DNA of 64,000 nucleotides from an uncultured Chitinophagaceae bacterium. Its GTDB lineage: Bacteria > Bacteroidota > Bacteroidia > Chitinophagales > Chitinophagaceae. The position numbers and the translations under genes are program-made. This document shows, piece after piece, positions 42,665-50,473 of this stretch (its first letter is position 1; every line of letters starts with the position of its first letter). The stretch is taken from positions 2,370-66,369 of the forward strand of contig CALGAP010000019.1 of the NCBI GenBank assembly GCA_937958995.1, written 5' to 3'. The notes under the pieces are model-generated. The model made no database searches. It was not told where the DNA came from and worked only from the letters and a program-made list of their open reading frames with translations.

Positions 42665-43042
42665 CTATTTCCCTTTCCCTTTTGCCTTCTCCTCATTTTC
42701 CTTCATCCTCACCTTCACCATTTTCTTCACAAAGGCCAGCGGCAGTTTTTTATCCAGCGGAAACTGCACCGTTCCCTTCGAAGTACGATAGCCCATCTTC
42801 TCAGCCTCAGCCCTTATAGACGCGGGCAGGGGATAAAAACCAATATGCGATTTGAAGGCCGCAAAATATACCACTGGTCCGTTTTGCTTATAGGCCGGTA
42901 TATTGTAGCTGATGCATTCTTCGGCCTTCGGTGCAACGGCTTTAATAGTGCTCCGCAACTCCTGCAACATAGCCTGCACAGGTTTCGGAAATTCGCGGAT
43001 ATATTGATCCACGGTTTCATATTTTACTTTGGTGGCTTGCAT
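42665..43042 (-). CDS. DUF1801 (YdhG-like) domain protein
   Basis: I chose the start at MQATKVKYETVDQYIREFP. ISYNIPAYKQNGPVVYFAAFKSHIGFYP is typical of DUF1801. The longer ORF (to 43150) would overlap the upstream gene. Confidence 0.65.
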   Translation of the reverse strand: MQATKVKYETVDQYIREFPKPVQAMLQELRSTIKAVAPKAEECISYNIPAYKQNGPVVYFAAFKSHIGFYPLPASIRAEAEKMGYRTSKGTVQFPLDKKLPLAFVKKMVKVRMKENEEKAKGKGK

Positions 43043-43046
43043 AGTG

Positions 43047-43478
43047 TTATTTTGACTCCACGTATTTTTTGTAATTATCAAGAATTGCCTGCCAGCCTGC
43101 GCGCTGGAACTCGACGGGATTTTCATTCTCAGGATCGAAACGCTGCACAATCTTGGTATTGTTGCCTTCAGGAATAAAATCTACCACCACTTTTCTGCCA
43201 TCGCTCATGGTGTATTGAATATGTTTGTGTGGCACTACTTCGTCGTATACTGATTCTATTACAAAACCCGCGCTGCCATCCCTTGCTTCCATGCGGCATT
43301 TATATATGCCTCCTTTGCGCAAATCGTTTTGTGCCCAGGGCGTATGCCAGGTTGCCAGGTCGGCTGAACACCATTGCGTGATATCTTCGGGCGTGTTCCA
43401 TATTTTCCAGGCTTTCTCTGGAGTGGCATTTACAGTGGTTTCTATGGTTACCGGCGTAAGTGTCTTTGATGCTTCCAT
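43047..43478 (-). CDS. SRPBCC / Aha1-like (activator of Hsp90 ATPase homologue 1-like) domain protein
   Basis: 143 aa. TIETTVNATPEKAWKIWNTPEDITQW and the C-terminal QRAGWQAILDNYKKYVE are typical of the AHSA1/SRPBCC family. Confidence 0.65.
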   Translation of the reverse strand: MEASKTLTPVTIETTVNATPEKAWKIWNTPEDITQWCSADLATWHTPWAQNDLRKGGIYKCRMEARDGSAGFVIESVYDEVVPHKHIQYTMSDGRKVVVDFIPEGNNTKIVQRFDPENENPVEFQRAGWQAILDNYKKYVESK

Positions 43479-43585
43479 GACTCAGTTTTTTAGCAAATGA
43501 TTAATTCGTATTGACAATGTAAAAGTAGCCGGAGTTATTTACCCCGGCACTGTGCGATTGCGACTAATTGAAGGGCAAGTTGCGA

Positions 43586-45211
43586 CTATGGCCTGCCTGC
43601 GACAAAAAGACCACCCTGGTTCCAGGCAGGACGCGCTGTAGTCTGAGCCACGGAATAACTGATCAGGAAATTGAGCTGCACATATGTTTTGGCTGCTGTA
43701 AAGTTGAAAATGCCATCTATGCCATCAGCGGGACGATGGTAATATTTGGCGCGCCATTGCCGCACAAAGGGCACCAGGCTCTCGCCCGTACTCGTTTTGT
43801 TGCCATATTTGATATGCAGCGCGGGTATTCCATTTAACACAAAACTGAACTGATCACTTCGCACAAAACGATTCTCATTCGGCTCGGGATCTTCTTCCAC
43901 TTCAAGACCCAGTTGCGAGGCTGCAAATTGTACATTATTCATCAGGCTGGAATGTTCCGCTCCCAGCGGCACCACAGAAAGCAAGGGAGCGATCAGGGTG
44001 GGCATATCGGTATTTACATTAGCAACAATCGATGATTGTGGAACCGTAGGATTGCTGGCAAAATAAGAAGAACCCAGCAGTCCCATTTCTTCCGCCGTCA
44101 CCATCACAATCAATATCGATCGTTTGGGTTTTACACCGGGCGATTTATAAATGCGGGCAATTTCAAGCAGCGATGCCACGCCCGAAGCATTATCGTGCGC
44201 ACCGTTGTAAATGCTGTCGCCATCTACCGGTCTTCCAACACCCACATGATCGAGATGCGCGGTATGCACCACGTATTCATTTTTCAGTTCCTTATCACTG
44301 CCGGGAATCAGGCCGATCACATTATAGCTTTCAATATCGGTGTGCGAAGTCTTATATCCCGCATGCAGCGTGAAATTGGTTTCGAAAGAAGAGGGCTTTT
44401 TATTCCTGATATCGTTCAGTACCTGCGACAATTTTTTTCCGCTATTGGAAAAAATGCGGTTCAGCAAATTCCGCGTGCCGGTCATCACAATATTGAGGTC
44501 GCCCCTGAAGCCGGAGTATGCTGCAGTTTTATCAGTATTCGTCGCCACATTGGTGTGCACCACCAGGTTGGGATTATATCTGCCCGATGAGGCGGTATTT
44601 ACTACAATAACGCCGAGGGCTCCCTTCGAAAATGCAGTTTTATATTTATTTCCAACATTCGACAAAATCGCGGTAGTAGTATTAGAAAAACCCTGTGGCG
44701 CGCCGCTCATGACCACCACAATTTTACCTTTTACTTCTATGCCTTCATAATCTGAATAAATGTTTGGTGCATCGATACCATAACCTGCGAACGCCACTTT
44801 ACCTTCCGCCGAAGTATTTTCTTTCAGTGGATGCGGCGTCGGGATAAAATCGCGGGAGAAAAGCAACGAGTCTACATTACCGTCTTTATCCTTCAGGCAG
44901 GCAAAGGCAGAACTGTTGTCGACGATTGATTTTCTTATCAGCAGTTTCTGCGTATAGCTGCCCGCTTCGCCACCGGGCGCCACGCCCATTTTCTTAAACT
45001 GGTCTACCACGTAATCCACAGCCATCTGGTAGCCTTCGGTACCCGGCAACCGGCCTTTCAGTTTATCATCGGCCAGGTAAGCAATATGCGACCGGATGGT
45101 ATTGGTATCGATCCGGTTCATAGCATTGCGAACATCTTTTGTGATGGTTACCTGCTGCGCTTGTGCATGACAGCAGGCAAAAACGATGAGGGGTAAGATT
45201 AGCTTTTTCAT
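43586..45211 (-). CDS. M28 family metallopeptidase with an inserted PA (protease-associated) domain, secreted
   Basis: Signal peptide (IVFACCHAQAQQ). Zinc ligand blocks are TAHLDHVG, GAHDNASGVASLLE and TAEEMGLLGS. It starts 16 nt after the CHAT gene stop. Confidence 0.85.
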   Translation of the reverse strand: MKKLILPLIVFACCHAQAQQVTITKDVRNAMNRIDTNTIRSHIAYLADDKLKGRLPGTEGYQMAVDYVVDQFKKMGVAPGGEAGSYTQKLLIRKSIVDNSSAFACLKDKDGNVDSLLFSRDFIPTPHPLKENTSAEGKVAFAGYGIDAPNIYSDYEGIEVKGKIVVVMSGAPQGFSNTTTAILSNVGNKYKTAFSKGALGVIVVNTASSGRYNPNLVVHTNVATNTDKTAAYSGFRGDLNIVMTGTRNLLNRIFSNSGKKLSQVLNDIRNKKPSSFETNFTLHAGYKTSHTDIESYNVIGLIPGSDKELKNEYVVHTAHLDHVGVGRPVDGDSIYNGAHDNASGVASLLEIARIYKSPGVKPKRSILIVMVTAEEMGLLGSSYFASNPTVPQSSIVANVNTDMPTLIAPLLSVVPLGAEHSSLMNNVQFAASQLGLEVEEDPEPNENRFVRSDQFSFVLNGIPALHIKYGNKTSTGESLVPFVRQWRAKYYHRPADGIDGIFNFTAAKTYVQLNFLISYSVAQTTARPAWNQGGLFVAGRP

Positions 45212-45227
45212 GGAGAGAAAGTTACTA

Positions 45228-48200
45228 CTATTTAGTAGTTTGTCGCAACAAAAACCGCAATGCCAACCCGCCCACCAGCATTATTCCAAATCCCATACCT
45301 GCCATCACCCACAGGTTATTTTTCGTGGTCACCACCGCCTGGCTGTCGCCCACCAGCGTCATGCCTGCCCAGAAATAAGGATGCGCAAGATTGGAAGGCG
45401 CTTTGCGCAGGTATTCGATTTTAGCTTTTTGCAGCGCCGCGCCTTTGGTCATTCCCCGGGAGAGGTATTTGTAAAAAAGTGTGACCACTTCTGCGCTGGT
45501 TTTTTCATCCACTTTCCATAATGTCATCACCACAGAGGGACAACCCGCGTACATGAAGCTATGCGCCAGTGAAATCACGCCCTCGCCCTCGCGCCATTGA
45601 CCCGTACCTGTTTCGCAGGCATTCAGTACGGCCAGGTTGGCGTTCAGGTTCATGCCATAGATTTCATAGGCGTGCAGGTAGCCGTCGTCATTCGACGTGC
45701 TGTCTTCCGCAGTGGGCTTGGCTAAGAAAAACCTGGAAAGAATGGGAGAGACGTTGTTGATCTCGGCATGCGTGCCCAGGTGTAAAATTCGGTAGTCACT
45801 TGCGCGTTGTTTAAAACTGCTTTCGAGCGCATCGTGCTCGCTAAGCAAATCTGTTTTGATAAAACGGCTGATCTGTTTTGCCGCTTTAAAGGTAAATGGC
45901 TGACGAATCAGCATCAGGTATTGATTATCGGCCAGCATATCGTCAGCAACGCGTTTGCGGTAGGCCGCTTTCATTTCATCGGAGAATACAGGCGTAATGA
46001 GCAGCGCCTTTTCCGTTTGCTGCCGCTGCGCGTAGTTATAGTGCAACGCGCTGGTGGCGGAAAGCAGGGTGGAGATTTCATATTGCTTTACCAGGTAAGG
46101 CATGGACTCAAAGCCATTGATCTTGCCCGAACTGATCAGTACTTCAAAATTCAGGTAGTGCAATTCGTCGTCGGGTACGATGAACAATTTATTACCGAGC
46201 AAAACTTTTTTTGCGGGGGCTACCAGCTGGGAGTAAAGACGGTAAGCCGGCCGTGCAAAATCCTCGGGTGAGAGGTTATATAATTCTCTTATTAAAGCAA
46301 CATCGTGCAGCACATTGCGCGGCATGCGATGTACGCGGAAATGCTTTTTATTGATGATAAAAAGAAACACTGCATCATTCGTCACAGTGTAATGCAGCAT
46401 GGTCTCGCCGTTTTTCAACAGCTCATTCCTGATCTCGTCAATCGTTGCAGCTTTCATCCTATACTTCAGGCTCGCCGCGGCAGAATTTGATTTCAGCAAT
46501 TTTTCCTGGAAACGGTAATACGATTCCATGGCGGCGCTGAGCAGTGTGAGCAGCGAATCATTCTTGCCGCCTTCGTCCAGGTATTGTGTGTTCAGCTGAC
46601 TGATACGTTTGCGCCAATGCAGGTCTTCCCGGGTGGCAGCATCCTGCACATTGGCCGCGGCATCGATCAGCACGTTGTTTGAGGCCAATCTCAACAGCAG
46701 GCTCTTGCTTGTTTCACTGAACGCAAATGCTTTCTCCAGCCATTGCGGGTTTTTGTCCTGCACGTGCATTTGCCAGCAGGCTTCTACAGCGGCATCGTAA
46801 ATGTACTTGTGTTTGGAAGCAAGCTGAATAAGCGAAGCCTGCGTTCTGATAGCAGGTAAGATTTTTTCCAGGTAACTGCTGTAGTTCCCGGCCAGTTGCT
46901 GAATACGCCGAAGATGCGAGCTGTTATTATTTTTCCTGAAAAGTGCCGATTCTATATTGGCCCGGTTCTGAATGTATTGTATGATGAAGTGATTGTAGGG
47001 CAATTGATCCATCCAATTTCCTTCGGGCAATTGCTTTAGCTGCAGCAGTTCAAGAAACACGCTGTCTGAATAACACATGGCCATTTCGGGCTCCCCCTTA
47101 TCGAGCCAGGCTACGCTGATCTTATTCAACTGCCCGGCAATGACGATATGGCCAGGTTGATAAATCTTGCGGTATTGGCGCAGGCTCTGCTGAATCAATG
47201 CAAATCCTTCATCAAAGCGGTTCAGTTTGGTATACGCTTCGCCCAGGGTGGTGCGCGTGGCTTCTGCCGTCAACACGCTGCTTTTTTGATTGGGTAAAGT
47301 GCGTTGATAATATTTTGCCGCCTCGGCATATTGCTGACGATCAAAGAGCAGATCGCCATAGAGGGTTTCTACATAGGCGAGGTTCAGTTTGTCGTTGGGC
47401 TCTTTTTGCAATTGTATGCGCAGCGCGCGTTGGAAGAGACTGTCTGCCGCTTCAAAATCCTTTATCATTCGCTTCAGGTTGGCCAGATGCGCGAGCGGAC
47501 GCACCAGTCCAACACCATCAGGACCATAATTCATAGTGTGCAGCCGCAAGGCTTTTTCATAGTATTCATTGGCCAGTTGCCATTCCCCAATAGCTTCGTA
47601 CAATTTTCCCATATTATTGAATCCTATGGATAGCAGGTGCGGGTTGCCGTTTTTCCTGAAAGCATCCTGCGTGATGGCAACCATTTGCTGGCGATGATGC
47701 AGCGCCTCATCGGTGCGGTACATGGTTTCATAAAGGGTGCCGAGATCATTATGCGCCAGCGCGCGACTGGTATGCAGGGGAGGAAGATGTTTGTTGACCA
47801 GGCGTTGCATTTCCAGCGCATATTTTTCTGCTTCGTCTAATTTGCCCGCGTCGTGGGCCAGGTACATCAAGGTCTGAAACACACTGGTCAGCATCTGCTC
47901 GTCTTTTCCGTACATGGCTTCGATCATGCTGCGCGATTTTTCTCCAAAAACAATTCCTTCATCAAGCTCCTGCAGGTTCAGGTGCATCCAGGCAATATTG
48001 TTATACAATTTTGCATAAGTATCATTGGGCGGTGCGTTGGAGGGAATGCGTTTGAGCGCGTCGTTGAAATATTTTTTTCCTTCAAGAGCAGCGGAATTGT
48101 TAACCAGTATTTGTCCTTTCTTATTCAAAGCTGCTACAGCAGCAATGCTTTCAAAAGGAAGTTGCGGCAAATAGAAGAGTGCGCTGTCAATAGTGGCAAG

Positions 48201-48437
48201 TCCCCGGCTGACACTCACTTCATACCAGGCCATGTGCGCCTTTTGCGTATAGGCAACCACCAGGCTATCTGTCTGGCCGGTAATTCGGAAATAATCGATC
48301 GCCTGCTGCATATAAATCCAGGCGCTGTCTTTCTTTTGTGCATCGTAGGCTTCGACGGCTTTTTTATAGCTGCCGGCTTGCGCCATCACGATGTGAACGG
48401 AAAGTATGAAAAGCAAAAAGAAAAAAACACGCTGCAT
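45228..48437 (-). CDS. Exported TPR-repeat CHAT (caspase-like) protease with a C-terminal transmembrane anchor
   Basis: I chose the start at MQRVFFFLLFILSVHIVMAQA (signal peptide). About 700 aa of TPR-like repeats follow. The CHAT domain has His in ILHLGTHAE (codon 45768-45770) and Cys in VLNACETG (codon 45615-45617). A C-terminal TM helix is WVMAGMGFGIMLVGGLALRFLL. Confidence 0.8.
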   Translation of the reverse strand: MQRVFFFLLFILSVHIVMAQAGSYKKAVEAYDAQKKDSAWIYMQQAIDYFRITGQTDSLVVAYTQKAHMAWYEVSVSRGLATIDSALFYLPQLPFESIAAVAALNKKGQILVNNSAALEGKKYFNDALKRIPSNAPPNDTYAKLYNNIAWMHLNLQELDEGIVFGEKSRSMIEAMYGKDEQMLTSVFQTLMYLAHDAGKLDEAEKYALEMQRLVNKHLPPLHTSRALAHNDLGTLYETMYRTDEALHHRQQMVAITQDAFRKNGNPHLLSIGFNNMGKLYEAIGEWQLANEYYEKALRLHTMNYGPDGVGLVRPLAHLANLKRMIKDFEAADSLFQRALRIQLQKEPNDKLNLAYVETLYGDLLFDRQQYAEAAKYYQRTLPNQKSSVLTAEATRTTLGEAYTKLNRFDEGFALIQQSLRQYRKIYQPGHIVIAGQLNKISVAWLDKGEPEMAMCYSDSVFLELLQLKQLPEGNWMDQLPYNHFIIQYIQNRANIESALFRKNNNSSHLRRIQQLAGNYSSYLEKILPAIRTQASLIQLASKHKYIYDAAVEACWQMHVQDKNPQWLEKAFAFSETSKSLLLRLASNNVLIDAAANVQDAATREDLHWRKRISQLNTQYLDEGGKNDSLLTLLSAAMESYYRFQEKLLKSNSAAASLKYRMKAATIDEIRNELLKNGETMLHYTVTNDAVFLFIINKKHFRVHRMPRNVLHDVALIRELYNLSPEDFARPAYRLYSQLVAPAKKVLLGNKLFIVPDDELHYLNFEVLISSGKINGFESMPYLVKQYEISTLLSATSALHYNYAQRQQTEKALLITPVFSDEMKAAYRKRVADDMLADNQYLMLIRQPFTFKAAKQISRFIKTDLLSEHDALESSFKQRASDYRILHLGTHAEINNVSPILSRFFLAKPTAEDSTSNDDGYLHAYEIYGMNLNANLAVLNACETGTGQWREGEGVISLAHSFMYAGCPSVVMTLWKVDEKTSAEVVTLFYKYLSRGMTKGAALQKAKIEYLRKAPSNLAHPYFWAGMTLVGDSQAVVTTKNNLWVMAGMGFGIMLVGGLALRFLLRQTTK

Positions 48438-48447
48438 GAACTTCGGT

Positions 48448-49176
48448 TTAGGGTGTTTGCTCCATGGCTGGTTCTGACAATAATTTGCTGGCCTGCTCAT
48501 TGCCGGGAATGGTTTTTAACCAGCGGGCGGCATTGGCTTTGTCGCCGAGTTTGATATACACGAGCGACAAATACCAGGCGGCGCGCTCGCGCAGGGCGCT
48601 GTTCTCATTTTCTGCTACAGGCTGCAGGCGGCTTGCGGCTTCATTGTATTCTGAAATATGAATATGCGCCATCCCCATATAGTATTGAAGCGTGTCGCTG
48701 AGTCCTTTTTCGCGGCCGAGCGAATCCCATTTGGCAATGGCATCGTTAAACTGACCTTCCTTATAGCTCACCATGCCGTCGTAAAATGTGTAGGCATCGG
48801 TACTGCTCATTACCACGGGCAAACCAGGATCGGGTTGATAGTAGCGTGCATACAGATCTTTTTCCCCCGATTGTTGAATAATGAACCACACCGCGCTGCC
48901 GGCAATCAGTATGATGGCTGCGGCCACGGCTAATTTTCTCCAGTTAATCATCGGGCGCACCACGGCTTTCTCTGCGAAAGGTTGGGTGGAGAGATAAGCG
49001 CCCACTTCTGCAGTGGCCATTAGTTTGCGTTGCAACTCCACTTCGATGCGCAATGATTCATCAGCGTTCATTTCCTGCTCAAAAGCCTGTTGCGCGGCTG
49101 CGTCCATATGTCCCAGCAGGTAAGCTTCGATGCGCCCGAAGGTAGCCTGGTCTATTTCTTTTCTATATTCCGCCAT
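48448..49176 (-). CDS. Putative anti-sigma factor: short cytoplasmic N-terminus, one TM helix, extracytoplasmic TPR domain
   Basis: It overlaps the ECF sigma gene stop by 14 nt. The N-terminus IEAYLLGHMDAAAQQAFEQEM is typical of Bacteroidota anti-sigma N-termini. The TM helix is LAVAAAIILIAGSAVWFII. C-terminal TPR-like helices are present. Confidence 0.6.
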   Translation of the reverse strand: MAEYRKEIDQATFGRIEAYLLGHMDAAAQQAFEQEMNADESLRIEVELQRKLMATAEVGAYLSTQPFAEKAVVRPMINWRKLAVAAAIILIAGSAVWFIIQQSGEKDLYARYYQPDPGLPVVMSSTDAYTFYDGMVSYKEGQFNDAIAKWDSLGREKGLSDTLQYYMGMAHIHISEYNEAASRLQPVAENENSALRERAAWYLSLVYIKLGDKANAARWLKTIPGNEQASKLLSEPAMEQTP

Positions 49177-49717
49177 GCGCTTTGTTTTCGAGATACAATT
49201 TTCTCAGCCGCTGCATGCACCGGTATTTGATGGTCTTGATACTTTCTTCAGTATCGCCGGTGATCTCCGCGATTTTCGACATCGGTTCTTTTTTATAATA
49301 AAACAGTCCCAATACTTTCTTGCATTTTTCTCCCAGTTCGTTAAAACATTTCCGCAACAGCTTCCCTTCATCATTTGATTTTTCTGCTGCGAAATCTTCA
49401 TCCTGCGCAGGTTCTATGCCGGTGAAATCATCGCGGTAACTCGTCCTGGCGCGATGCGCCGAGTTGAGCTGGTTGATCCACTTATTCTGGCAGATTCTTC
49501 GGAAATATGCATTAAACTGGTCCATGTTGCCGGCAAAACGACCTTCGCGCAGATTGATCCATGCTGCATACAGGCTTTCCTGGAAAATATCTTCTGCATC
49601 GGAAGCATTCCCTGAATTCTGTCTTATATACTGAAGCAACCACGGAAAATTGGTCGTAAAAAGATGTTTAAACGCTTCTTCAGGATGGGTGATGGGCCAG
49701 TCAGTTAAAACTTGCAA
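49163..49717 (-). CDS. ECF-type RNA polymerase sigma-70 family factor
   Basis: Region 2 (DAEDIFQESLYAAWINL) and a region 4 HTH (EPMSKIAEITGDTEESIKTIKYRCMQRLRKL). The apparent start codon is TTG, and there is no in-frame ATG before region 2. Confidence 0.85.
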   Translation of the reverse strand: MQVLTDWPITHPEEAFKHLFTTNFPWLLQYIRQNSGNASDAEDIFQESLYAAWINLREGRFAGNMDQFNAYFRRICQNKWINQLNSAHRARTSYRDDFTGIEPAQDEDFAAEKSNDEGKLLRKCFNELGEKCKKVLGLFYYKKEPMSKIAEITGDTEESIKTIKYRCMQRLRKLYLENKAHGGI

Positions 49718-49795
49718 CGATTTAGGTACTTTATTTTGGAAGATAGTGAAAATACCAAATTATCGTGACCTGGATCGTTGCAAGTTTGATGGTGA

Positions 49796-50449
49796 CTACT
49801 TCTTTCCTGCAAATCTTTGACGAAAGGCAAATGTTCCTGCGCCGCCCATCATCAGCACGATGCCTGCAATCACAGGAATACTGAATTTCGTTGGTTCCGC
49901 GTTCATTTCATAAGTGATCACTGCGTTGCCGAATGTATCGGTATCCTGTTTTACATTGCCGGCGCCTTCGGGCAGAAAAATTTTCTGCAACTGCTGAATG
50001 AGCATGCCGCCGGAGAGCAGGTTGCCGGTAAGCAGGAAGCAATTGTCAGACACTTTGGTTACGTTCGGGTCTTTCATATCCATTTTCACTTCCCATTTGC
50101 CATTGCCTTTGTATTGCGCCATGCCGCGGGCCTTAACGGTGGTGCGTGAAGTGCGGTTGTTTTCGTCGAGATCAGTTTTTACTTCTTCCAGTATAAGCGA
50201 TGCCATTTGCCTTTCCATATCTCTCTTGAAAATGGTGGGGTTGCTGGCTACCGAGCTGGCCTTGAACGACTGCCATTGCAATGCTGTCATTTTCATGCGT
50301 AGCTCCATGGTGGCATCTCCGAGCCGGTCAATATGTATGTCAATTTCCTGGTTAAGACCTGTAGGGTCTTGTGCTTGCTGGCATAAGGCAGTAGTGGTAT
50401 TGATGATGATGCAGCCAAAAACGAGTATGCTGACAAAAATCTTTTTCAT
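49796..50449 (-). CDS. Hypothetical exported protein with a C-terminal TM anchor
   Basis: 217 aa with a signal peptide (ILVFGCIIINTTTALCQQ), a soluble domain with no motif I recognise, and a C-terminal helix (IPVIAGIVLMMGGAGTFAF) followed by RQRFAGKK. Confidence 0.5.
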   Translation of the reverse strand: MKKIFVSILVFGCIIINTTTALCQQAQDPTGLNQEIDIHIDRLGDATMELRMKMTALQWQSFKASSVASNPTIFKRDMERQMASLILEEVKTDLDENNRTSRTTVKARGMAQYKGNGKWEVKMDMKDPNVTKVSDNCFLLTGNLLSGGMLIQQLQKIFLPEGAGNVKQDTDTFGNAVITYEMNAEPTKFSIPVIAGIVLMMGGAGTFAFRQRFAGKK

Positions 50450-50473
50450 AATACTTATAGTTGATGAGGTGAA

